Positions 10,466 to 19,512 of a DNA stretch of 64,000 nt are shown piece after piece (position 1 is the stretch's first letter; the number at the start of each line of letters is the position of its first letter). The notes under the pieces are model-generated. The model searched no databases. It was not told where the DNA came from and saw nothing but the letters and a program-made list of their open reading frames with translations. A program made the position numbers and the translations under genes. The DNA comes from Microcoleaceae cyanobacterium (lineage in GTDB: Bacteria; Cyanobacteriota; Cyanobacteriia; Cyanobacteriales; Microcoleaceae): assembly GCA_051652765.1 (NCBI GenBank), contig JBOFUV010000007.1:1-64000 (forward strand). Direction: 5' to 3'.

Positions 10466-11161
10466 ATGGAATTTTTCAACGTGGGTGAGCCTTTGATTCG
10501 CTGCAAACAGGAAGCACTTGACGTTCAAGACTTACGAGGACTGCTTCGGATTGACTGGAAAGTGGGTCGTGTACAGCTATATTCGGCACTCTACACCCGA
10601 ATTGATCAGGTATTCGTTGTTTGGGGATGGATTACCATCATTATTTTTGCAGTTGCTCAGTTTTTTTCATTTAGCTGGCAGTATCAGGCTGTTCTATGGT
10701 CGCTCCTAACGTTAATGGGTCTGACTGCAACCTCAGTACTCGCTTGGTTTTGGGTAGGGGTTGAGCAACTTCGATGGGTCGTATATGCCTGGTCAATCCT
10801 GATCTTAATGGGGGTTAGTCTAACGGATTGCGGTATTTTCCTCGGGTGGGGTTGGGTGCTGATTCATCTTTGTCCACTGTGGTTGGGGCTGAGTGCTGTT
10901 GGCTACTTCTTAACGGGATGGGGATTGCGATCGCGCACGTTTATCCTGGCAGGCATCATTCACTGGATCGGGATTACCCTACTTTCCTATAGCGGTTCAT
11001 TCCCTTTTTTGTTTACTGGAGGCGTTATTGCTGGAACTCTGCTGTTTTTGGCTGAGGTTCAGTGGGACATGCGTCCGCCCGCTGCTGTAGAGGTTCTGAC
11101 CCTAGAGGAACAGCAGTTCAATCAAGCACAATATCGGCGGCGGCAGACTGAATTGGTTTAA
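10466..11161 (+). CDS. Conserved cyanobacterial membrane protein of unknown function
   Basis: About 6 TM helices; YTRIDQVF, LCPLWLGL and EVQWDMRPP motifs. Confidence 0.75.
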   Translation: MEFFNVGEPLIRCKQEALDVQDLRGLLRIDWKVGRVQLYSALYTRIDQVFVVWGWITIIIFAVAQFFSFSWQYQAVLWSLLTLMGLTATSVLAWFWVGVEQLRWVVYAWSILILMGVSLTDCGIFLGWGWVLIHLCPLWLGLSAVGYFLTGWGLRSRTFILAGIIHWIGITLLSYSGSFPFLFTGGVIAGTLLFLAEVQWDMRPPAAVEVLTLEEQQFNQAQYRRRQTELV

Positions 11162-11192
11162 AGCATTGATTGAGTATCGAGCAAGCTCAAGT

Positions 11193-11231
11193 TTCAGATT
11201 AGTAATTCAGATTGCTAATTCAGATTGCTAA
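11193..11231. repeat. Tandem 13-bp repeat (TTCAGATTAGTAA, then TTCAGATTGCTAA x2)
   Basis: Seen directly. Confidence 0.85.
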
Positions 11232-11277
11232 TATAGAGATAGGTTAGAGACAAGGAATTGTATTGAACGGGTGTTAT

Positions 11278-11461
11278 ATCGCTGTGGCCCGAAATCTCAC
11301 CTCGAAGGAGAGCGACGACAGAGGTGGGGACAATACAACAGATACCTTGAAGCAACGGTTGTGGAGTTTTTGTCGCGTCCTCCACTTTACTTCTACCAAT
11401 GGGAGGCGAAACCCTCCATCAGAGCGGTCAAAGGTAGTTGACGTTGAAATCTACTAGCGGT
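11278..11461 (-). ncRNA. ssrS: 6S RNA (cyanobacterial SsaA/SsrS)
   Basis: Minus strand ACCGCTAG..TTCAAC..CTACCTTTGACCGCTCTGATGG..GGTAT..GTATTGTCCCC..TCTGTCGTCGCTCTCC..CGAGG..CAGCGAT matches the cyanobacterial 6S RNA as I recall it; ends pair; about 184 nt. Confidence 0.88.
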
Positions 11462-11472
11462 AGCAACTTAAT

Positions 11473-11519
11473 CAGGATTTATGTCTTGGAGCTTAAACCG
11501 TTCCAAGACATAAATCCTG
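11473..11519. repeat. Perfect 18-bp inverted repeat (terminator/cruciform candidate)
   Basis: CAGGATTTATGTCTTGGA-N11-TCCAAGACATAAATCCTG. Confidence 0.85.
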
Positions 11520-11631
11520 CTAATCATAAACTTGCCAAGCTCCTGTGCTGGGGTCTGAGCCTATGCCCAACGGCTTGAGGGTTACAAAGAACTATTGCAA
11601 CTTAACCAACTCTAGGAAAGCGATCCTACCC

Positions 11632-12708
11632 CTATCGTCTGACACTTCTTGGATCGAGGGCATCTCGTAGTCCATCTCCAAGCAGGTTAAAGGACAATAC
11701 CGTCAAGATAATCAACGCAGCAGGAGGCCAAATCAACCAAGGTTGCAAGACTAAAATGGAAGCATTGGTTGCAGAAGATAACAGATTTCCCCAAGATGGA
11801 TCGGGCTGCTGAATTCCCAACCCAATCAAACTTAAAACAGATTCAGACACAATGAAACTTGGGATTGCTAGGGTTGCAGAAATAATAATGTAAGTTGCAG
11901 TTTGGGGCAAAACGTGTCGCAGAATAATATAAAGCGGGTTTGCTCCAATAGCCCGTGAAGCCTGCACAAATTCCCGTTCCTTAATTGACAAGACCTGACC
12001 TCGAATGACTCTGGCTAATCCAGCCCAACCGATGAAAGACGTGATCATTACGATCAACAAAAACCGCTGGGCACTGCTCAATCCAATCGGTAGAACAGCG
12101 GCTAAAGCAACAAGCAGGTAAATTCCTGGAATAGTCATTAGCACTTCTGCAATCCGCATCAGCAAGCTGTCAATCCAGCCCCCAAAATAGCCAGAAATCC
12201 CTCCAACAATCATGCCAATGGGAAAAGAGATTGCGATCCCAACCAAGCCAATACTTAAGCTAATTCTTCCACCAAAAACTAAACGGCTAAACTGATCTCT
12301 AGCCTGTTCATCAGTCCCTAGAAGGTGAATTTTTCCTGCGCCAGTGGTGCCAAATAAACGCCGGTTCCCAGGAAGTATTCCAAGCAGTTTATAAGGCGTA
12401 CCTTTGACCAAGAAACGAATGGGCGAGGGTTGATCAAAATCAACGCTAACTAGCCGCTTACCGGTCTTAATATCAACCGTTCCTTGGGTTGTGGGATAGA
12501 CGTGGGGGCCAACAAACTTCCCCTGCTGATTTTTCCAGTAAATTTGTGTGGGAGGGAGGAGAGATGCATTGAGATCGGAAGTAAAGGGATCATAGGGCGC
12601 TACAAACTCAGCAAAAATAACCGAGATATAGAAAATGGCAAGCAATATCATCCCTAAACGAGCCAAGGGATTTTTTTGTAATCGTTTCCACCAATTCATT
12701 GACTTCAT
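11632..12708 (-). CDS. Oligopeptide/dipeptide ABC transporter permease (OppC/DppC type)
   Basis: HLLGTDEQARDQFSRLVFGGRISL; EAA loop REFVQASRAIGA; QPDPSWGNLL. Confidence 0.92.
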   Translation of the reverse strand: MKSMNWWKRLQKNPLARLGMILLAIFYISVIFAEFVAPYDPFTSDLNASLLPPTQIYWKNQQGKFVGPHVYPTTQGTVDIKTGKRLVSVDFDQPSPIRFLVKGTPYKLLGILPGNRRLFGTTGAGKIHLLGTDEQARDQFSRLVFGGRISLSIGLVGIAISFPIGMIVGGISGYFGGWIDSLLMRIAEVLMTIPGIYLLVALAAVLPIGLSSAQRFLLIVMITSFIGWAGLARVIRGQVLSIKEREFVQASRAIGANPLYIILRHVLPQTATYIIISATLAIPSFIVSESVLSLIGLGIQQPDPSWGNLLSSATNASILVLQPWLIWPPAALIILTVLSFNLLGDGLRDALDPRSVRR

Positions 12709-12735
12709 GACCTGTTAATTGTGTTAGTTAATCGT

Positions 12736-13875
12736 TTAGTTAATTGTTAAAACCTTTTCGATGGCTTCACTCTCTTGCTGGCCAAGCTTTGCCCTCTCAT
12801 CAAAAGGATTTGCAAAGAAAGACCCTGTTTGAGGTGGAGAGTCAGGATCGAGCAAAACTTCCACAATACTTTTGATTACTCCTGTGAGTGGGATTGCTAA
12901 AATTACCCCTAATAATCCTCCGATCTTTCCTCCCAAAATCAGAGCGGCAAAGATCACAACAGGACTCAATCCAGTGATGTCACCCATCAGTCGAGGCGTA
13001 ACGATATTATCTTTGATTTGCTGCAGCACAATTGATCCTCCCAGTACTTGCAATGCAAGCCACCCATTAATAAAGGCAACGATAATGACAACTGTTCCAA
13101 TGCCTAGGGTTGCTCCAATAAATGGAATCACTTCCATGAGACCAATAAACACGGCAAAAACGAGAAAATAGGGAACTTTTAAAATTGAAAATGTCAGGGT
13201 CAAGGTCGTAGCCATAAACAAGCCTAAAATAAACTGCCCTAGGACAAATCCCTGGAAATTTTTGACTAGGGATTCTGTGAGAATACAGCGTACCTTAGGG
13301 GAAAAGAAGCGGGTTATTCCTTGCCATAAGCGCTCTCCATCTAAAAGCATATAGAAAGAGATGATCAGAATTAGAATAAAGTCAATAAACCAATTAAATG
13401 TCCCAACGACTAAACCGAAGCCTCGGGCAGCAATTGAATCACTCCCTCCCTGTAGTTTTGCAAATAGCTGTTGCTGCAATACCACAAAATTAAAGGGGAG
13501 ATTTCGTTCTGTACTCCACGCTTGAACCTGGATGAGTTGCTGTTTCCCAGACTCAACTAAGTCTGGAAACTTAGTAATCAATTGCCGACCTTGAATCACA
13601 ATAGGAGGAACAATAGTCAGGGCAATAATCACAACAACAAAAGCAGCAATGAGGTATACTAATGCAGCCGATAATCCTCGTGGAACATAGTGTTGCAAGG
13701 TGGCCACTGCATAGTTTAAGACAAAAGCAATCAGTCCTGCTGTGATCAGAATTCCAATCAGTTCTCCTACATATTCAAATGCACTGATCGTTAATCCCCC
13801 CGTGACTAAAATCAGTGACCAAGTGATCAGAAACTTCTGTGTTGGAGTAAAAATATAGTTTATTTTATTGGTCAT
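12736..13875 (-). CDS. AI-2E family transporter
   Basis: IPFIGATLG, QQIKDNIVTPRLMG, LLGVILAIP. Confidence 0.9.
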   Translation of the reverse strand: MTNKINYIFTPTQKFLITWSLILVTGGLTISAFEYVGELIGILITAGLIAFVLNYAVATLQHYVPRGLSAALVYLIAAFVVVIIALTIVPPIVIQGRQLITKFPDLVESGKQQLIQVQAWSTERNLPFNFVVLQQQLFAKLQGGSDSIAARGFGLVVGTFNWFIDFILILIISFYMLLDGERLWQGITRFFSPKVRCILTESLVKNFQGFVLGQFILGLFMATTLTLTFSILKVPYFLVFAVFIGLMEVIPFIGATLGIGTVVIIVAFINGWLALQVLGGSIVLQQIKDNIVTPRLMGDITGLSPVVIFAALILGGKIGGLLGVILAIPLTGVIKSIVEVLLDPDSPPQTGSFFANPFDERAKLGQQESEAIEKVLTIN

Positions 13876-13880
13876 CGGTT

Positions 13881-14747
13881 CTATTCGCTAGCCTCTTGGA
13901 TCGTAGACTCTGTTATCATTTCATCGTGCTCAACCACAAATACATTTGAGTGGAGATTTGCGATAATTTGCTTGCCTTGTTGAGTTAACCCCAAATAGCA
14001 CTGAGCATCTTTAATATACGGGTAAGCGCTACCCCAATAAAATTTTGGATAATTTTTACGCAAATCTCCAGGATTTCTATACCCGACTGTTTGGTTGAAC
14101 CCTGTCTCTTCAAACTCGTAGAACAGGGCACTTACTTTCTTTAAATAGCGAGGATCACTGAGTTGACCAATCAGGTCAGCGGCCCTCACCAAGCCGGGAT
14201 ACCTAACGGTGTCTTGATGATCAGATTGGTTGGGAACTGGAAACCGAGTCAGTTCAATATTATGCTTGATCACCTCAGCATCAATCAGCTTGTGACCCCC
14301 AAACCGTTCTTCAATAAAGAGTTTGGCCCGATCAACATGGTAGGGCGTTAAGCTCGCATCAGTGCATCCTTCGGGCAGATTTACCAATGCATTATCTTGA
14401 CCTGTCGCATACCAACCATCCCGATCCTGACGGCAAACTCCCTTCACATACCCAATATCATGACAGACTAGGGAAATCATAAAGTGTAGCCAGTCTTCCC
14501 CCGAAACTCCGCCCTCCCGAATGTGTTTCCCACGCAGAATTTCCTGTCCCACTAAGGTAACCAAAATGGTATGTTCAACATCGTGATACAGGGCATCACT
14601 ATTCGCAATGTTTTCTAGTGCCATGCTACCCGCCCAAGCCACAATGTCTGCATAGTTAGCCTTGAAGCCACCGTAGTTCCGATGGTAGCCTTCTCGCAGC
14701 ATCTGAACAAAAGTCTCGATTAGGAGTTCAATCGCGTTGAAAAGCAT
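13881..14747 (-). CDS. HD-domain metal-dependent phosphohydrolase (Npun_R2479-like)
   Basis: ALYHDVEHT, CHDIGY, RAADLIGQL. Confidence 0.88.
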   Translation of the reverse strand: MLFNAIELLIETFVQMLREGYHRNYGGFKANYADIVAWAGSMALENIANSDALYHDVEHTILVTLVGQEILRGKHIREGGVSGEDWLHFMISLVCHDIGYVKGVCRQDRDGWYATGQDNALVNLPEGCTDASLTPYHVDRAKLFIEERFGGHKLIDAEVIKHNIELTRFPVPNQSDHQDTVRYPGLVRAADLIGQLSDPRYLKKVSALFYEFEETGFNQTVGYRNPGDLRKNYPKFYWGSAYPYIKDAQCYLGLTQQGKQIIANLHSNVFVVEHDEMITESTIQEASE

Positions 14748-15254
14748 AAAAAATTCAAGACCATGAAAACTAAAGGTTCTCGAGATTGATTTTTATCCTA
14801 ACGGCTAAATCCTGACGGCTAAAAGGAGTAAGGATCTCATCACCAGATAGGGACTAAGACACCTAGGGTAGATCAAATGTGTTGGCCAAAGTCAAAGCAA
14901 TCCAATGTTAAATTACTGCTAAAAACTATAGTAACCCGATTTAAATTGGAAAACTGTAGTGAAAACCCCTTGCCTATATCCCGGCAACGCTCGTCTTTTG
15001 ATTTTTACAAATCATTCTAGGTTGCTACAATCTAACCCTACCCTTGCATTTTAAACCCTCCCACCCCGGAGCGGGAGTTTGACACTGAAAAACAAATCAA
15101 ATCAATACTCTAGAAATCTACTGACGTGGAATAAAACAATCTGATCGAATGTACCTCCTCAGAGGCATTAAACTTTTAAAGAATCCTTTAATGCTTATAC
15201 AATAAAGAGGTGCTTGATTCTAGTCAGAGACATCTAGAATGACTGATCTAAGCT

Positions 15255-15336
15255 TTAGACTTTGACGTTCAGACTGTAACGTTCAGACTTGATTGACGAA
15301 CCTTAACTTCCAGACTGTAACTTATAGACTTTGATT
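15255..15336. repeat. Degenerate ~14-bp tandem repeat (TTCAGACTGTAACG-like)
   Basis: Five AGACT-cored units just upstream of the ABC ATPase start. Confidence 0.65.
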
Positions 15337-15342
15337 GTTTCA

Positions 15343-16014
15343 ATGCTTTATATTCGCAACTTAAGTTATCATCCTCCTGCGAGCAATACCGCAATCCTCA
15401 AACAGATCAATTTAGACCTTCCCGCCCAGCAGATGGGGTTGATCATTGGTCGCAGTGGCTCTGGAAAAAGTACATTGTTACAGATTTTGTCAGGTTTGGC
15501 CGAACAAAATCAAGGCGAGATTTGCTGGCGAGAACAGGTCTTAACCCCTGAATATCTCCAACAATTAGCAGGTTTAGTCTTTCAGTTTCCTGAGCGCCAT
15601 TTTTGTGGGGGAACGGTTTTAGAAGAGCTCCGGCTAGGTCATCCGGAGATCAATTCAGATCAGATTAATCAAGCTCTCACAGAAGTTGGATTGAATCATC
15701 TCCCCTTGAAAACTTCTCCCCACGCTCTGAGCGGAGGACAGCAGCGTCGTCTGGCTTTGGCTGTTCAATTAATTCGTCAACCCCATATCTTGTTACTCGA
15801 TGAACCCACCGCCGGGTTAGATTGGTCAATGCGTCAGCAACTCGTCAGTTTATTGGCCAAACTTAAGCAGCATTGGACGCTATTGATTGTGACCCATGAT
15901 ATGGTGAATTTAATTGAAATTGCTGACCGCTGTTGGACGCTAGATCACGGTGATTTACAACTGATTGATCCCCATACTTTACACTCGAGAGTACAACAGT
16001 CTTCTTCGTCATAA
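15343..16014 (+). CDS. ABC transporter ATP-binding protein (ECF/CbiO-like)
   Basis: GRSGSGKST, GLVFQFPE, LSGGQQRR, LLLDEPTAGLD. Confidence 0.9.
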   Translation: MLYIRNLSYHPPASNTAILKQINLDLPAQQMGLIIGRSGSGKSTLLQILSGLAEQNQGEICWREQVLTPEYLQQLAGLVFQFPERHFCGGTVLEELRLGHPEINSDQINQALTEVGLNHLPLKTSPHALSGGQQRRLALAVQLIRQPHILLLDEPTAGLDWSMRQQLVSLLAKLKQHWTLLIVTHDMVNLIEIADRCWTLDHGDLQLIDPHTLHSRVQQSSSS

Positions 16015-16050
16015 AGCATAGAATTTAGATCCGTCAAGTAAGGATAAGCG

Positions 16051-16827
16051 ATGCCTGATCTCCAGCTTTTAGAGCTACCCCAAAACGCTGCTCTTTGGCA
16101 AGAAACGTTGCAATGGCTGCCAACTGAACAACAGCAGCAACAATTTCAATCCCTCTACGCCGGTATTCTGACTGAGAATCAAACTCAGAATCTAACTCGA
16201 ATTACCCAACCAGATGAGTTTTGGGAGAAGCATCTTTGGGATTCTCTCTGGGGAATTTTACCCTGGCTCAATCTGCCTGCTTGGCAGCAGTTGAACGGTA
16301 AACAGCTTGAAGATCATTGGTTAGCTCCTGCGGCTGGAATACCCTTGAAAATGATTGATATTGGGACAGGAGCAGGATTTCCCGGATTGCCTGTGGCGAT
16401 CGCCCTGCCCCATTGTGGGATGACCTTGCTGGATAGCACGCGCAAGAAAATCACGTTCCTAGAAACCCTGATTCCTCAGCTCCAGCTAAATTTAGCAACG
16501 GTGAAACCCGTCGTGGGTCGGGCCGAACAACTCCATTATCAGGCTCAATTCTTTGCCCATTATGATCTGGCTCTGGTTCGGGCCGTTTCTAACGCTTTAA
16601 CCTGTGCTCGGTATGCTTTACCTTTCTTGAAGGTAGGAGGTTACGCCGTTTTGTATCGGGGGCAATGGACTTCTGAAGAAGAAGCAACCCTCAAATCAGG
16701 CGTTGAAAAATTAGGCGGAAAAATTGAGATGATTACCTCTGGATTGACTCCAATCAGCAAGAGTTTGCGACACTGTATTTATCTCCGAAAAGCATCCTCA
16801 GGAGTTGAGAAAGTCTACAAAGATTGA
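16051..16827 (+). CDS. rsmG: 16S rRNA m7G527 methyltransferase
   Basis: NLTRI, KHLWDSL, IDIGTGAGFPGLP, GRAE, RAV. Confidence 0.95.
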   Translation: MPDLQLLELPQNAALWQETLQWLPTEQQQQQFQSLYAGILTENQTQNLTRITQPDEFWEKHLWDSLWGILPWLNLPAWQQLNGKQLEDHWLAPAAGIPLKMIDIGTGAGFPGLPVAIALPHCGMTLLDSTRKKITFLETLIPQLQLNLATVKPVVGRAEQLHYQAQFFAHYDLALVRAVSNALTCARYALPFLKVGGYAVLYRGQWTSEEEATLKSGVEKLGGKIEMITSGLTPISKSLRHCIYLRKASSGVEKVYKD

Positions 16828-16904
16828 AAACCTGAATTGAAGATCGCTTTAGTTTGACAGGCTCTAGATTGATTGGTTTGAGTCAAGAGTTTTGGGGAAT
16901 TCTC

Positions 16905-17555
16905 ATGGATCATCGTTCTCACTGGCTGAATTTATTGCATCAACATCGACTGATTGCCGTCATTCGTTCTCCCCAACTAGAACAGGGCTGGCAAATGGCA
17001 AATGCCGTTCAGCAAGGGGGAATTCGGCTAATTGAAGTCACCTGGAATAGCGATCGCCCCCAACAGCTCATTGCTCGATTGCGGTCTGATTTTCCAGATT
17101 GTGTGATCGGAGCAGGAACTTTACTCACAGCAGAAAACATTCAGCAAGCCATCGCATCCGGGGCACAATTTTTGGTTTCTCCCCATACCAATTTGACCCT
17201 GATTCAAACTGCAAATCGGGCTCAAGTTCCCATCATTCCTGGGGCATTTTCTCCTTCGGAAATTCTCACGGCTTGGCAAGCTGGAGCTGATTGTGTCAAG
17301 GTTTTTCCAATTGCAACCCTGGGGGGATCAGCCTACATTAAAAACTTACAGGGGCCTTTGGGACAAATCCCGTTGATTCCGACCGGAGGAGTCACCTTTG
17401 ACAACACCAAGGATTTTCTGAACGCCGGGGCGATCGCGGTCGGATTAGCCAGTGATTTCTTCCCAGAGTCTTTGGTGACAACTAAAAATTGGCCAGCCAT
17501 CACCGATCGCACCTATAAATTTACTCAGAAATTATTCGAAGATCCTTGGGGTTAA
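16905..17555 (+). CDS. eda: KHG/KDPG aldolase
   Basis: IAVIR, IEVT, IGAGT, FLVSP, VKVFP, PTGGV. Confidence 0.92.
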   Translation: MDHRSHWLNLLHQHRLIAVIRSPQLEQGWQMANAVQQGGIRLIEVTWNSDRPQQLIARLRSDFPDCVIGAGTLLTAENIQQAIASGAQFLVSPHTNLTLIQTANRAQVPIIPGAFSPSEILTAWQAGADCVKVFPIATLGGSAYIKNLQGPLGQIPLIPTGGVTFDNTKDFLNAGAIAVGLASDFFPESLVTTKNWPAITDRTYKFTQKLFEDPWG

Positions 17556-17629
17556 TCCAAAAAGATGGTACTTTAAAGCCGTTACACGTTTAAGTTTTCA
17601 GATTCCCACACCTGAAGAACGGTGAAAAT

Positions 17630-18766
17630 ATGGCCATTGATCGCCGTCACTTTTTAAGGATTGCAGGGGGCCTATGGGGGCTTGGGCTCACGACCTCCTG
17701 CCATGAACTGATGACTCAAGCTGATCTGCCTCAGCGATCGCCGGGTGATTCTTTCCCTGACCCTCCGGCTCCATCAACCGTTCAACCGCCGCCTCCCCCC
17801 ATCAAGGTTGCCCCAGAGGGACTGTTCGCCCCGGTGAAGGGGGATGTCCGTTGGGTAGTGATCAGTGATTTGAATAGTCGATACGGTTCTACAACCTATG
17901 AATCTCAAGTGGCAGAGGCGATCGCCCTGATTCCCCAATGGCAGCCTGATTTAATCCTCTGTGCAGGCGATATGGTGGCGGGGCAAAAATTATCTCTCTC
18001 CCCGGCAACCCTGCGGGCGATGTGGGAGGGGTTTGATCAAACGGTGGCAGCGCCGTTGAGAGCATTGAACCTACCCTTTGGGATGACTATGGGTAACCAT
18101 GATGCGTCAGGAGACTTGGATGCATCAGGTGCATTTGTCTTCAAAACAGAGCGGGATGTAGCCCAAGCCTATTGGAAAGATGCCCGACATCGTTTGAACC
18201 TAGAACTGATTGATGCAACTGGGTTCCCTTTTTATTATAGCTTTCTTAGAAATGAAATTTTTCATCTGGTTTGGGATGCCTCTAGCTATCGAATCCCCGA
18301 TCAACAGTTGGATTGGGCCAAAAAAAGTTTGACCAGTTCCCCAGCTCAGACGGCAAAATTGCGAATTGTCATGGGCCATTTACCCCTATACGCGGTTTCA
18401 ACAGCACGGGACAAATTTGGAGAAATTCTGCAGCCAGCGGATGAGTTGAGAGCTTTGCTTGAACAGCACGATGTCCATCTCTACATCAGCGGCCATCACC
18501 ACGCTTACTTCCCAGGCCATCGCGGTCAGTTAAAGCTGTTATTCTCCGGGGCCTTGGGGAGTGGGCCTCGTCCTCTAATGGATAGTGATTTGCCCCCGCA
18601 AAATACCCTAACGGTTGTTGATGTTGACCTGCAGCAAAGCATCACTCGCTATACAACCTACGATATGAAAACTTTACAGGTCATTAGTCCCAGCACATTC
18701 CCTCAAAAAATTACTGGGGAAAATGGCTGGGTACTGCGGGAAGATGTCCAAGAAGAGACTGCTTAG
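17630..18766 (+). CDS. Calcineurin-like metallophosphoesterase, Tat-exported lipoprotein
   Basis: DRRHFL Tat motif followed by Cys; SDLN, AGD, GNHD, GH and SGHHH motifs. Confidence 0.88.
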   Translation: MAIDRRHFLRIAGGLWGLGLTTSCHELMTQADLPQRSPGDSFPDPPAPSTVQPPPPPIKVAPEGLFAPVKGDVRWVVISDLNSRYGSTTYESQVAEAIALIPQWQPDLILCAGDMVAGQKLSLSPATLRAMWEGFDQTVAAPLRALNLPFGMTMGNHDASGDLDASGAFVFKTERDVAQAYWKDARHRLNLELIDATGFPFYYSFLRNEIFHLVWDASSYRIPDQQLDWAKKSLTSSPAQTAKLRIVMGHLPLYAVSTARDKFGEILQPADELRALLEQHDVHLYISGHHHAYFPGHRGQLKLLFSGALGSGPRPLMDSDLPPQNTLTVVDVDLQQSITRYTTYDMKTLQVISPSTFPQKITGENGWVLREDVQEETA

Positions 18767-18884
18767 TTATCCGATTCGGAGCTCTCCAGGATTCACGGTT
18801 CTCCGGCGATCTAGGCATTGAATTCTGTGGGATGTGGCAATCCCAAACAAATTAGTGACAAAAAAATTAAGTGCAAAAAAATTA

Positions 18885-18992
18885 AACAGCGATTCTTAAA
18901 TCCGTGAGGGACATCTCAGCCGCTCAAATCCCCCTTGCAAAGAGAGGTTGAGGATGATCGCTCTGTCTTGCATCTGAACCAGGGTAGCTGTA
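18885..18992 (+). mobile_element. MITE-like small dispersed repeat, copy 2
   Basis: ACAGC...GCTGT ends; colinear with the reverse complement of 1706-1823 (GGGACA, CAGCCRCTCAAATCC, ATCGCTCTGT, ATCTGAAC). Confidence 0.75.
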
Positions 18993-18996
18993 CATT

Positions 18997-19090
18997 TATG
19001 CAAATTTTGATAGATTTCTATGCAAATTTTAAAAAACAACTCATGTTTTGTTATAAAAGATACATTTTTCATCATGAAAAATTGTAAATT
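18997..19090 (+). promoter_or_regulatory. Putative NtcA-activated promoter of nrtABCD with upstream LysR (NtcB)-type repeat
   Basis: TGT-N10-ACA (GTT-N8-TAC, 19050-19063); TAAATT -10 box 21 nt downstream; TATGCAAATTTT repeated at 18997 and 19019. Confidence 0.65.
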
Positions 19091-19512
19091 ATCAAAATAC
19101 GGCAACTTACTCACACGGAGACAAAAGTCTGCATCTCTCTAATGTCAAATGACTGATGGGAGTTGCAAAATCTGCTTCATGAACTGGCTTCAATGCCTGA
19201 ACAGACGGATATTTGCTCTTGTTAACTGAGCTAATTGGATGGAATAAATTGACAAGTTGGTGATATGGCTGTCTTACTTTCCAAAGTGGCGTTCGATCAG
19301 CAAACAACCTGAAAAAATTAATTTTGAGGTTGTTACGACTTGGGCAATTAGGTTAGGACAGATCTTGGTTCTAACGCATTATTCATTGAAAACTGCATCT
19401 CCCTTTCAAGTTTGGCTTCCTGAAATTCCTAGAGGAAAATCACGGTTCATTTGAGTTGAAAGCTCCTGGAAACTGTTCCTTAATCGTTGTCCTTTTAATC
19501 TACGAACACTTA

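Noticed and set aside
11263..11457. 64-aa plus-strand ORF
   Set aside because: It is antisense to the 6S RNA and likely spurious.
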